Shown here: piece after piece, positions 18,780 through 28,129 of the stretch
Layout: each line of letters opens with the position of its first letter
How positions within the stretch are numbered: position 1 is the first letter of the stretch
Assembly (NCBI GenBank): GCA_964510355.1
Contig: CAZEBI010000003.1
Location: forward strand, 1-37,402
DNA length: 37,402 nucleotides
From: an uncultured Nitrospina sp.
Lineage (GTDB): Bacteria > Nitrospinota > Nitrospinia > Nitrospinales > VA-1
Reading direction: 5' to 3'
Program-made: the position numbers and the translations under genes
The notes under the pieces: model-generated
What the model saw: only the letters and a program-made list of their open reading frames with translations
Databases searched by the model: none
What the model was told of the DNA's origin: nothing

Positions 18780-20462
18780 TTAATCTGTGACCGCACCTTT
18801 GCTGGCAGAGCCTACCAGTTTGGCGTATTTCGCTAATACTCCTGTTGTATATTTTATTTTAGGAGCTGTGAAACTCTTTTTTCTTTGTTCAAGTTCTGCA
18901 TCGGATAATTTCACGTTAAGCTGGTTGTGGTCTATATCAATGGAAATGATATCGTTATCTTCGATGAGAGCCAGTGTTCCACCCACTTGTGCTTCCGGTG
19001 CGATATGGCCGACTACGATTCCATAGGTTCCTCCCGAGAACCGACCATCGGTGATGAGAGCGACTTTATCTCCCAGACCTTTACCCACGATGGCGGCGGT
19101 GGGGGCCAGCATTTCCCGCATTCCCGGCCCGCCTTGTGGGCCTTCAAAACGGATGACCACGATATCGCCTGCCTGAATGCGGTCATCGAGAATAGCATCC
19201 AGACACTCTTCTTCTGAATCGAAGACACGTGCAGGGCCTGTGATGTTGCGGGTTTTGACACCCGAAACTTTTGCAACGGCTCCTTCCTCGCAGAGATTGC
19301 CGCGCAGAATAACCAAATGCCCTTCGGTGGCCTTGGGTCGGTCCAGAGGCAGAATGACATCCTGATCTTTTCGGGGCTGGTCGGGAACATCCTGTAGATT
19401 TTCTGCAATGGTTTTTCCGGTTGCGGTCATGCAGTCGCCATGCAGGAGCCCGGCGTTCAGCATCATTTTCATTACTTGTGGAATGCCACCGGCATGGTGC
19501 AAGTCGATGGCAACATATCTGCCGGATGGTTTTAAATCGCAAAATAGAGGAATTTTTTTACGGATGACTTCAAAATCATCCATCAACAAGGGTACTCCTG
19601 TGGAGTGGGCTATGGCCAGCAGATGCAAAACAGCATTGGTCGAGCCGCCAACAGCCATGATCACTGCGATGGCATTTTCGAAAGCCTTGCGTGTCATGAT
19701 GTCGCGTGGAAGGATATTTTTTTCTATCATATTTAAAAGGGCTTTGGCGCTTTGCCCGGCGCTGATTTCCTTGTCGTTATCTTCATTGGCCATGGTGGAG
19801 CTGTAGGGCAGGCTCATGCCCATCACTTCAAAGGCGGAGGACATGGTATTGGCGGTGAACATACCGCCACAGGAACCCAAACCCGGGCAGGCATTTTTTT
19901 CAATTTCAACAAGTTCATCCTGATCAATGGTGCCGGCACCAAATTGTCCTACTGCTTCAAATACACTGACAACAGTGAGGTCTTTGCCACCCAGGTGACC
20001 GGGTTTGATGGTGCCGCCATAAACAAAGATTCCGGGAATATTTAATCGGGCCATGGCGATCATGGCTCCCGGCATATTTTTATCGCAACCGCCTATGCAA
20101 AGAACCGCATCCATGCTGGCTCCACGGCAAACGGTTTCGATGGAGTCGGCGATCACTTCGCGGCTGACCAGGGAACATTTCATGCCTTCTGTTCCCATAG
20201 AGATGCCGTCACTGATTGTGATGGTTCCGAACATTTGCGGCATACCGCCATTTTTTCGCAGTTCTGCTGTAGCGATATCAGCCAGTTTGCCCAGCCCTGC
20301 GTTGCAGGGGGTGATATCACTTTGTCCATTGGCGACACCTATGATGGGTTTTTCGAAATCGTCATCGGTGAACCCGACCGCCCTGAGCATGGCGCGGTTG
20401 GGGGCGCGTCGATCCCCCTGGGTGATAGCTCGACTTTTGCTGTTGAGAGGTTGTGATTTCAT
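18780..20462 (-). CDS. ilvD: dihydroxy-acid dehydratase
   Basis: 560 aa. N-terminus [27 protein letters not shown], and full-length colinearity with IlvD. Confidence 0.95.
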   Translation of the reverse strand: MKSQPLNSKSRAITQGDRRAPNRAMLRAVGFTDDDFEKPIIGVANGQSDITPCNAGLGKLADIATAELRKNGGMPQMFGTITISDGISMGTEGMKCSLVSREVIADSIETVCRGASMDAVLCIGGCDKNMPGAMIAMARLNIPGIFVYGGTIKPGHLGGKDLTVVSVFEAVGQFGAGTIDQDELVEIEKNACPGLGSCGGMFTANTMSSAFEVMGMSLPYSSTMANEDNDKEISAGQSAKALLNMIEKNILPRDIMTRKAFENAIAVIMAVGGSTNAVLHLLAIAHSTGVPLLMDDFEVIRKKIPLFCDLKPSGRYVAIDLHHAGGIPQVMKMMLNAGLLHGDCMTATGKTIAENLQDVPDQPRKDQDVILPLDRPKATEGHLVILRGNLCEEGAVAKVSGVKTRNITGPARVFDSEEECLDAILDDRIQAGDIVVIRFEGPQGGPGMREMLAPTAAIVGKGLGDKVALITDGRFSGGTYGIVVGHIAPEAQVGGTLALIEDNDIISIDIDHNQLNVKLSDAELEQRKKSFTAPKIKYTTGVLAKYAKLVGSASKGAVTD

Positions 20463-20551
20463 CTTTTTTCCTTTTGGTTCTATCTGTTAGAGGTCTAACA
20501 GTGTCATTTTATTCAATTCGGGTTTTTCAATAGTTTTGTCGGAAAGCGAGC

Positions 20552-22183
20552 TCAGGCTTCCGATATGACATTGACGGTGGGGCGGCGAAAATATCCGTCT
20601 CCATTCGGCGAATGTGCGATGGCGTAGTATACAGGATGTTTGCTCTCTTTTAAAAGGGCCTGGGACCCGGATATTGCAATTTCATGGTCGAAGGAAATAA
20701 TCGGTGTTTTGCGGTCTTTCTTCCATGTTTTAATCGGAGGGTCGGACTTTACCGACAAAATACCCGGAAGCCGGAAGGATCGTTGCGAATACAGATAGTC
20801 CAGTTTCAGCAGATCCCGTTCCATTGGGGTGGGGTTCGGGTAAAACGTGTCTCGGAAAATACGGTAATACTCATCGAGAGACAGAGGGTTCATCAATAAT
20901 GCGTGCGAATCATGATATTTGAGCAGGCGGTCAAATAGGGTCACCGGGTCCATTTTTTTGAGCAGGCTGCTGATGGAAAAGCGCAAGCGCTTGGAATTGT
21001 AGTAGCGGTCAAAAATATCGGTGAACTGTTTTAAATACAAAACCTCCACTGCGGATAAATCCTGATGCGAGATCATTTCATAAGGCGGCGTGGACTGATA
21101 AAGATACCGGTGTTTTTCGACCAAGTCGTTGATGGGGGCTCCTGGAAGAAATTTGAGAAAACCCAGTTGCAGTTCATGCGGCCTGAGTGCCATCACCTGG
21201 GAGAAAGATTCCTTGATATGTTCCAGTGTTTCTCCTGGCAGGCCGAAAATCAGGTCGCAATGAAAATGAATACGGTCCTGTTCCACCAATTGCCGAATCG
21301 TAGTAAAAAGTTTTTGGTTGTTCTGTTTTCTTTGGATGGTTTCCTGAACCGATTGCGTGGTGGTTTGAATGCCAATCTCAAACTGAAACATTCCCGCTGG
21401 CACCGTTTTCAAAAAGTCCAGAATGTCCGGTGTTAAAATATCTCCCACCACTTCAAAATGAAATTCAGTGCCTTTAAACTGGGTCAACCATTGCATCAGT
21501 TTTTGCATGCGACCCGGCTTGAGGTTGAAAGTGCGGTCCACGAATTTAATTTTTTCAATACCGGCAGTGATGAGTGTTTTTATCTGGCTCTGGATGGTTT
21601 TTTCATCAAAATAGCGCACCGTTTTATCCAGCGCGGATAAACAGAACGTGCAAAGGTAAGGGCACCCTCTGGATGTTTCAAAATAAACGATGCGGTTTTT
21701 GAGTTGAACAACGTCCTCTTCCAGATAAGCGGGGATGAGTTCCGGCAGGTCGGTTCCATAAGTTTGCCAGCGTTTAATAGTTTCCTCAGAGGGGGTCTCA
21801 TTTTTACGGGAGCATTCCAAAAACTCCAGCCACTTTTTTTCGCCCTCGCCGGAAATTACCGGGCAGGAGAGAGGACCCTCTTTTTCAAACGAGACTTCCG
21901 GGCCGCCCACGACAATTTTAAGATGCGGCATCTGTTTTTGCAGGCGTTCGATCAACTCCAGGCTCTGGCTCCGGTTCCAGATATAGATGCCAATCCCTAA
22001 AACCTCAGGCTGAAGTTTTTGTATCTGGGCGGCAATTTTCCAGACCGGTTGGTTGATGACAAACTCTCGTATCCACACGTTCTGATAGCCTGCATTTCGA
22101 CTGGCGTTGCGCAGATACCTCAAAGCCAGTGAGGAATGAATGAATTTAGCGTTGAGCGTGATGAGCCCGATAGAGCGTTGCAT
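20552..22183 (-). CDS. radical SAM protein with a B12-binding domain and a DUF4080-like C-terminus
   Basis: N-terminal cobalamin-binding-type region (IGLITLNAKFIHSSLALRYL) and CxxxCxxC as RGCPYLCTFC. The start is taken at MQRSIG, because the 71 upstream codons of the track ORF translate a repeat element. Confidence 0.8.
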   Translation of the reverse strand: MQRSIGLITLNAKFIHSSLALRYLRNASRNAGYQNVWIREFVINQPVWKIAAQIQKLQPEVLGIGIYIWNRSQSLELIERLQKQMPHLKIVVGGPEVSFEKEGPLSCPVISGEGEKKWLEFLECSRKNETPSEETIKRWQTYGTDLPELIPAYLEEDVVQLKNRIVYFETSRGCPYLCTFCLSALDKTVRYFDEKTIQSQIKTLITAGIEKIKFVDRTFNLKPGRMQKLMQWLTQFKGTEFHFEVVGDILTPDILDFLKTVPAGMFQFEIGIQTTTQSVQETIQRKQNNQKLFTTIRQLVEQDRIHFHCDLIFGLPGETLEHIKESFSQVMALRPHELQLGFLKFLPGAPINDLVEKHRYLYQSTPPYEMISHQDLSAVEVLYLKQFTDIFDRYYNSKRLRFSISSLLKKMDPVTLFDRLLKYHDSHALLMNPLSLDEYYRIFRDTFYPNPTPMERDLLKLDYLYSQRSFRLPGILSVKSDPPIKTWKKDRKTPIISFDHEIAISGSQALLKESKHPVYYAIAHSPNGDGYFRRPTVNVISEA

Positions 22184-22319
22184 CGATACCTCAAGATTTT
22201 GACGATTAAGAGGTATTTTCACCAAAAAGCAGGGGAATAGATAGTTTAAATATTTCAAGAGCCTTCCACCGAGAAAGGAGATAGCAATAGTTAGCCCGTA
22301 GACGGCATGAGTAAAAAAC

Positions 22320-22435
22320 AAATCCCCCCAACCCCCTTCGTAGAAGGGGGAGCTTTCAATGGACCCCTCTTTTACAAAGTACCCACTTCGGGGCACGAGG
22401 CAAGTGAAAAAATATCACGGGGGCTGGGGTGATTT
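22320..22435 (-). repeat. 116-bp MITE-like element with 16-bp imperfect terminal inverted repeats and C5/G5 hairpins
   Basis: Ends are AAATCCCCCCAACCCC and GGGGCTGGGGTGATTT. It is near-identical, in reverse orientation, to both ends of 26035-26109. Confidence 0.75.
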
Positions 22436-22451
22436 AAAACCGATCATTGTG

Positions 22452-22511
22452 CCGAGATAACTTTTCGTCAGCCGACTGATCTATTGCAAGCTGAGTCCAG
22501 CGTCACGCTGG
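22452..22511 (+). repeat. copy C of the 60-nt dispersed repeat (ends in the CCAGCG-TCA-CGCTGG hairpin)
   Basis: CTATTGCAAGCTGAGTCCAGCGTCACGCTGG is shared with 32505-32565 and 33204-33262. It overlaps the last codons and the stop of mutM. Confidence 0.75.
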
Positions 22512-23321
22512 TTGGCAGGTTTTGCAGAAGAAGGTGGATCGGCCGGAATGGATCGTGCGGGATATTAGGGTTTTGCATTTTCGACACGGCTGCCCCTCTT
22601 TGCCGTAGACGGATAGCTGTATGGCATAGTATCCGGCGGAGCCATCGGGATTAAAGAAATCACGCAAGGTGGTTCCTCCGGCCAGGATACTGTTTTCCAG
22701 GGTGGTGCGCACGCAAGCAAGAAGGCGGTTCCACTCAGCAAGCGTGACTCTTTGGGCTTTGCGTTTAGGGTTGATGCCTGCCTCAAACAGGGATTCGCAG
22801 GCGTAGATATTGCCGATTCCCGTGATGCGTCGGGCATCCATGATGAACGTCTTGATGGGAGAGCGGCAGTTTTTTGCCCGGTCTTTCATGACTTTTGCGT
22901 TCGCATCCGGGGAAAAAGGGTCCGGCCCCATTTTGTCCAGCAAAGGGTGTTTCCCATTTTGTGGAACCCAGAGTATGCAACCAAAGCGCCTGGGATCGAC
23001 AAAGTGCAGGCAGGTTTTGGTGCCAAACTGGAGTACAGCGTGTGTATGTTTTTCAAGCGGGGTCATGGATGTTTGCAGGGCAATATGTCCACTCATACCC
23101 AGATGCAAAAGCAGAGCGCCACTCGGAACCTGAAAAAGCAGGTATTTGCCTTTGCGTTGGATTTGGGAAACCACTTGGCCTGCGAATTGTTTGCGCAAAG
23201 TTGCCTGAGGAATGGGAAAGCGGATGTCCTTGCGATAGAACTTGAGTTTGGTGCAGGTTTTGTCGACGACTAAAGGAAGAAGGGCCCGCCTGAGAGTTTC
23301 GACTTCAGGCAGTTCAGGCAT
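22503..23321 (-). CDS. mutM: formamidopyrimidine-DNA glycosylase
   Basis: N-terminal MPELPEVE and a C-terminal zinc finger, CRKC..N16..CKTC. Confidence 0.93.
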   Translation of the reverse strand: MPELPEVETLRRALLPLVVDKTCTKLKFYRKDIRFPIPQATLRKQFAGQVVSQIQRKGKYLLFQVPSGALLLHLGMSGHIALQTSMTPLEKHTHAVLQFGTKTCLHFVDPRRFGCILWVPQNGKHPLLDKMGPDPFSPDANAKVMKDRAKNCRSPIKTFIMDARRITGIGNIYACESLFEAGINPKRKAQRVTLAEWNRLLACVRTTLENSILAGGTTLRDFFNPDGSAGYYAIQLSVYGKEGQPCRKCKTLISRTIHSGRSTFFCKTCQPA

Positions 23322-23383
23322 GGCTGCAATAAAAAATTTTACGGACTATGGCTATCCTGTTGCGATGGAGCCGGGCGAAATTA

Positions 23384-24001
23384 TTATTTTTCCTCTTCAA
23401 CATTTTCTTCCTCTTTTTTCTTTTCTTTCTTGGCGGGTTTTTTTGCGGTCACCACTTTAGCGGGGTGAAGAATGCGTCCATTCAGGGTATAACCTTTGGA
23501 GTATTCCTGAATGACGGTGTTTTCGTCATGTTCTTCAGATTCTAGCTGGGTCATGACTTCATGCAGGCTGGGGTCAAAGGGTTTGCCCAGAGCTTCAATC
23601 GGTTCGACCTTCTGGTTTTTGAGAAAGGCGGCGAATTGTTTCTGGATCATTTCAATGCCCTCTTTGAGGTTCTCCAGAGAGCTATTGTCTGCACCCATGG
23701 CGCGATCCAGGTTGTCATTGATCTGCACCAGTTCTTTTAAGAGTCGTTGGTTGGCAAATTGAACGGCATCTTCCTTGTCTTTGACCAATCGTTTACGAAA
23801 ATTATCAAGGTCGGCTTTTTCTCTGAGGAAATCGCCTTTTTGTTCGGCCAGCTCCTGATCTTTTTTTTCTAATTGTTGCTCAAGTGCTTCGATGGGGTCG
23901 AGTTCTTTTTCCTCTTCGACAACGGCATCTTCATCCTGAACTTTCTGTTCGTCTTTTTGTTCTTCTTCCGGTTCTTTTGTTGCGTTTTCCTTGGATGTCA
24001 C
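23384..24001 (-). CDS. grpE: nucleotide exchange factor GrpE (with a Lys/Glu-rich C-terminal tail)
   Basis: Acidic N-terminus, coiled coil, FRKR.. motif, and NGRILHPAKV near the C-terminus. GTG start 4 nt after the hrcA stop. Confidence 0.88.
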   Translation of the reverse strand: MTSKENATKEPEEEQKDEQKVQDEDAVVEEEKELDPIEALEQQLEKKDQELAEQKGDFLREKADLDNFRKRLVKDKEDAVQFANQRLLKELVQINDNLDRAMGADNSSLENLKEGIEMIQKQFAAFLKNQKVEPIEALGKPFDPSLHEVMTQLESEEHDENTVIQEYSKGYTLNGRILHPAKVVTAKKPAKKEKKKEEENVEEEK

Positions 24002-24005
24002 CTTT

Positions 24006-25061
24006 TCAAACTCCCTGATTTTCAGAAATTAATTTAGAAACTATTTTCGCAGTGTGATTCACAATGGAGATGATGCGTTTATAATCCATTCTTTTAGACC
24101 CGAAAACAGCCAGTGTGCCAACATTTTTATTTCCCAGTTGATAATTTTGTGCGATCAGGCTGCAGTTCCCCATTTCTTCCTGGAGATTCTCCTCGCCGAT
24201 CAATATGGTCATTCCGTCATGGTGCAAGCAAAGGTCGAGCAGGTTGATCAATTTGGTTTTCTCTTCGAGAGTAGCCAAAAGAGCCTTGATCTTGCTGATA
24301 TCCTCGGTGAACTCAGGCTGGTCGAGAAAATTCAAAGCGCCTTCCACAATCAGTTCGCTACTTTCTTTTTCTTCGGCAAACAGGGCGGCTGAAAGAGCGT
24401 GGGCCTTGCTTGCAAGCTGGTTGTAATGTTCCTTTTCGAGCCGCAACCGTTTCAGCAATTCCTGCAAGATCCATTTGATGGGTTTTCCACTGAACTCGTC
24501 ATTCAGGTAATTTGAAATAGAGGTCAGTTGATCCTGGGTCATGCCCGCATCTATGGGAAGCACTTTGTTTTGCAGGATGCCTTGTTCAGAAAAGAAGACA
24601 GCCAGTGCCGCTTGCGGAGCCACTTTGGTGAATTCAATATGTTTGAAGCAGGCGCTCGAAAAACTGGGAAGCATCACCAGCCCGGTTTGCTGGGAAACCT
24701 TGGAAAGGTTTTCGCAGGCCTGCTCAAGCAGTCCCTGAAGATCCTGTTTTGGGTATTCCAGCGCAGGGGCTTCTGCCAGCACTTCGGCTTTCATTAAAAA
24801 ACTTTGTGGACGTAAAAGATGATCCACATAAAACCGATAGCCTTTATCGGTGGGAATGCGGCCCGCCGACTTATGCGGTTGATTCAAAAACTCCTTTTCC
24901 TCCAAATCTGCCATCACATTCCTGAGTGTGGCGGAACTGAGGTGTTCGGGGTGAATCTTGGCCACCGTGCGTGAGCCTACGGGTTCAGCGGTCTCTATAT
25001 ATTTGTCGATGACTGCTAAGAGAACCGCTTTGCTTCTTTCATCTAATAGTGGTGAATTCAT
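24006..25061 (-). CDS. hrcA: heat-inducible transcription repressor HrcA
   Basis: N-terminus LDERSKAVLLAVIDKYIETAEPVGSRTV, typical length of 351 aa, and position directly upstream of grpE. Confidence 0.9.
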   Translation of the reverse strand: MNSPLLDERSKAVLLAVIDKYIETAEPVGSRTVAKIHPEHLSSATLRNVMADLEEKEFLNQPHKSAGRIPTDKGYRFYVDHLLRPQSFLMKAEVLAEAPALEYPKQDLQGLLEQACENLSKVSQQTGLVMLPSFSSACFKHIEFTKVAPQAALAVFFSEQGILQNKVLPIDAGMTQDQLTSISNYLNDEFSGKPIKWILQELLKRLRLEKEHYNQLASKAHALSAALFAEEKESSELIVEGALNFLDQPEFTEDISKIKALLATLEEKTKLINLLDLCLHHDGMTILIGEENLQEEMGNCSLIAQNYQLGNKNVGTLAVFGSKRMDYKRIISIVNHTAKIVSKLISENQGV

Positions 25062-25095
25062 TGCAGGGGATGTTTGTTAATTGTTGGCATTGGGC

Positions 25096-26004
25096 TCAGC
25101 CATTATTGATCAGGTCTTTTGCTTTTTCCACGATCTGCGTTCCAATGCCCTTTGCGGTAAAAATTTCCAGCAACAAAGCGTGCCGGACACGACCATCAAT
25201 GATATGGGTTTTACGCACTCCAGCCTTGAGGGCATCCAGGCAACAATTGACCTTGGGTAGCATACCGTCGCGAATGACCTTGCTCTTGATCATGTCGGAA
25301 GCCTGTTTTCGAGTCAAGCCGGATTGCAGTTTTCCGGCTTTATTTTGTACACCTTCAGTGTCTGTCATCAAAACCAGTTTTTCGGCTTTCAGGGCTGAGG
25401 CGATTTTTTCTGCCACAAAGTCGGCGTTGATATTGAGTGTTTCCCCTTTTTCCCCTTTGGCAATCGGAGCGATAACGGGAATGAATTCGTTTTGGTCCAG
25501 AGTTTCCAGAATGCGCGGGTTCACTTTAGTGATCTCGCCGACCAGCCCCAGATCGATGATTTCTGGTCGATCCATCTCCGGCGAAAGTTTCACCTTTTTA
25601 TGGCGTTTAGCAAAAATCATATCCCCATCTTTGCCGGTGATGCCCACTGCATTGCCTCCCTGATTGTTGATCAGGGAAACGATTTCCTTGTTTACTTTTC
25701 CGCCAAGAACCATTTCCACCACGTCGATCGTTTCTTTGCTGGTCACGCGTTGCCCCTCAATAAAGCGAGACTTGATCCCCAGGGCTTTGAGGGTTTTGTC
25801 GATTTGCGGACCGCCCCCGTGAACGATGACCGGATTGATGCCGATGTATTTCATCATGACAATATCGAGGGCAAAGTTTTCCTTGAGGTCATCCGAAACC
25901 ATGGCACTGCCGCCGTATTTGATGACGATGGTTTTGCCGTAGAAGTTCTTGATGTATGGAAGAGCTTCTAGAAGGATTTCAGCTTTATGAATGAGTTTTT
26001 TCAT
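25096..26004 (-). CDS. argB: acetylglutamate kinase
   Basis: IVIKYGGSAM, VHGGGPQI and INADFVA motifs; 302 aa. Confidence 0.93.
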   Translation of the reverse strand: MKKLIHKAEILLEALPYIKNFYGKTIVIKYGGSAMVSDDLKENFALDIVMMKYIGINPVIVHGGGPQIDKTLKALGIKSRFIEGQRVTSKETIDVVEMVLGGKVNKEIVSLINNQGGNAVGITGKDGDMIFAKRHKKVKLSPEMDRPEIIDLGLVGEITKVNPRILETLDQNEFIPVIAPIAKGEKGETLNINADFVAEKIASALKAEKLVLMTDTEGVQNKAGKLQSGLTRKQASDMIKSKVIRDGMLPKVNCCLDALKAGVRKTHIIDGRVRHALLLEIFTAKGIGTQIVEKAKDLINNG

Positions 26005-26034
26005 AGTGTATTTGCATATCGCATAAGAGTTTTT

Positions 26035-26109
26035 AAATCACCCCAGCCCCTCTTTAAAAAGAGGGGTCCATTGAAGCTCCCCCTTCTACGAAGGGGGTTG
26101 GGGGGATTT
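26035..26109 (+). repeat. 75-bp MITE-like element (same family as 22320-22435)
   Basis: TIRs AAATCACCCCAGCCCC and GGGGTTGGGGGGATTT match at 14/16 as inverted repeats. Internal hairpins are CCCCTCTT-TAAA-AAGAGGGG and CCCCCTTC-TAC-GAAGGGGG. Confidence 0.75.
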
Positions 26110-26134
26110 GATTTTTATTTATGCAATATACAGA

Positions 26135-27550
26135 TCAAAGAATGTAACGGCTCAGGTCTTCGTCCTGAATAATATCTTTGAGTTTATTGCGGATATATTC
26201 AGCATCAATGGTGATATCGGTATCTTCCAGATCCGGCGCATTAAAAGAGATATCTTCGAGAAACTTTTCCATAATAGTTTGCAGTCGCCGGGCGCCAATG
26301 TTTTCCATGCGCTGGTTGACGAGCGCGGACATTTCAGCGATCTCGTCGATGGCATCGTCCAGAAAAGTCAGGTTCACCTGCTCAGTTTTTAGTAAGGCGG
26401 TGTATTGTTTGACCAAAGCGTTGTCGGGCTCCGTAAGAATGCGGACGAAATCATTTTTGGTCAAAGAATCCAGTTCAACGCGAATGGGGAAACGGCCTTG
26501 AAATTCCGGGATCAGGTCAGACGGTTTGGCTGAATGAAACGCCCCAGCCGCAATAAAAAGGATGTGGTCGGTTTTCACGATGCCGTATTTGGTGTTGACC
26601 GATGAGCCTTCAACAATGGGCAACAAGTCACGTTGTACCCCTTCGCGGGAGACATCGGGGCCGCTGGTTGAGCCTGCTTGTCGGCCTATGATTTTGTCTA
26701 CTTCGTCAATGAAAATGATGCCGTTTTGTTCGACCCGCTTCAAGGTTTCCTGCATTATTGTGTCTTGATCGAGTAATTTTTCGGCTTCTTCCTGACAGAG
26801 AACCTTGAATGCGTCTGGGACTTTCAGTTTTTTGCTTTTGGTTTTTTGTGGCATGATCGAACCGAGCATATCCTTGATGTTGTTGCCCATCTCTTCCATC
26901 CCGGCTCCGCCGGAGCCCAGGTCAATGATGGACGGCATTTTTTCGAGCACCTGGATATCCACTTCGCGCTCATCGAGCTTGCCTTCTTTTAGCATCTGGG
27001 CAAACTTTTCGCGGGTTTGCTGATAATGCAATTTGCCGTTTGAGTCCAGGCCCGAATCGAGTTTCCCTTGCATGCCTGGGGGAGGAGGGAGAAGCAGGTC
27101 CAGAAGCTTTTCAATGGCCTGTTCACGGGCCTGCACACGAACACTGGCTTCCATTTCCTCTTTAACCATATTTTTCGACAATTCGACCAGATCCCGGATC
27201 ATGGATTCCACATCGCGCCCGACATAACCCACCTAGGTATATTTTGAAGCTTCAACTTTGATGAAGGGGGATTTAGAAAGTTTCGCCAGCCGCCGGGCGA
27301 TTTCTGTTTTGCCCACTCCTGTCGGGCCAATCATAAGAATATTCTTAGGCCCCACTTCGTCGCGAAGAGAATCTGGCAGTTGTTGTCGCCGCCAGCGATT
27401 ACGCAGGGCAATGCCCACCGCCCGCTTGGCATTGGTTTGTCCAACGATAAATTTGTCCAGCTCCGCTACAATTTGTTTTGGAGTTAATGATGCCATTAAA
27501 ACATCCGTGGCATCCTGAGGTGTGGGCTGGGTCAATACGGATTCTGTCAT
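26135..27550 (-). pseudogene. hslU: hslU (ATP-dependent protease ATPase subunit) interrupted by one in-frame TAG at 27233-27235
   Basis: Two contiguous same-frame ORFs together are colinear with HslU. Walker A GPTGVGKT lies in the 5' part and Walker [10 protein letters not shown] in the 3' part. The junction reads KYT-TAG-VGYVGRD. Confidence 0.85.
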
Positions 27551-27553
27551 GAA

Positions 27554-28081
27554 CTACAATTCCTCAATCGTTATATTAGAGTTGGTATAAATACAGATCG
27601 ACTCGGTGATCTTCATGGCTTCTTCCACGATTTCCCGTGCCGAAAGATTGCTGTGCCCGACCAGTGCTTTGGCGGCGGCGGAAGCGAACATCCCGCCGGA
27701 ACCGATAGCCAAAATGCCATCATCCGGCTCGATCACATCCCCCGTGCCCGAAAGCAGGAGAGAGTGTTCTTTATCGACCACGATCAGCATGGCCTCCAGT
27801 CGCCTCAGCATTTTATCGGTGCGCCAGTCTTTGGCCAGTTCGACCGCTGAGCGCGGCAGGTTCCCTTGAAATTTTTCAAGTTTTTCTTCAAACCGGGCAA
27901 ACAGAGCAAATGCGTCTGCGGTGGACCCGGCGAACCCCCCGACTACTTTGTCGTGGTGCATACGCCGGACCTTGCTGGCTGAGTGTTTCATTATTGTACT
28001 GCCCAGGGTGACTTGCCCGTCACCGCCTATGACGACCTGGCCCTTGTGACGGACAGCGAGTATTGTGGTTGCTTGCATCAT
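27554..28081 (-). CDS. hslV: ATP-dependent protease subunit HslV
   Basis: ATTILAV..GGDGQVT N-terminal nucleophile region with a short MMQA extension before TT; 175 aa. Lies 3 nt upstream of hslU. Confidence 0.92.
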   Translation of the reverse strand: MMQATTILAVRHKGQVVIGGDGQVTLGSTIMKHSASKVRRMHHDKVVGGFAGSTADAFALFARFEEKLEKFQGNLPRSAVELAKDWRTDKMLRRLEAMLIVVDKEHSLLLSGTGDVIEPDDGILAIGSGGMFASAAAKALVGHSNLSAREIVEEAMKITESICIYTNSNITIEEL

Positions 28082-28129
28082 ATCGAGTATTGTACTGGTA
28101 AGAGGGGAAAAAAGGAAACCTGATTAATA

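Noticed and set aside
22184-22396. N-terminal 71-codon extension of the radical SAM ORF, and the TTG-start extension of 17744..18724
   Set aside because: These extensions translate the C5/G5 hairpin repeat elements (for example SPFYEGGWGDLF). Plausible ATG starts lie just downstream.
27233-27235. Genome-wide reassignment of TAG as a sense codon
   Set aside because: At least three good genes in this window terminate on TAG at positions consistent with full-length products: the CCG-subunit gene at 1552-1554, dnaE at 14012-14014 and the N-acetyltransferase gene at 17731-17733.
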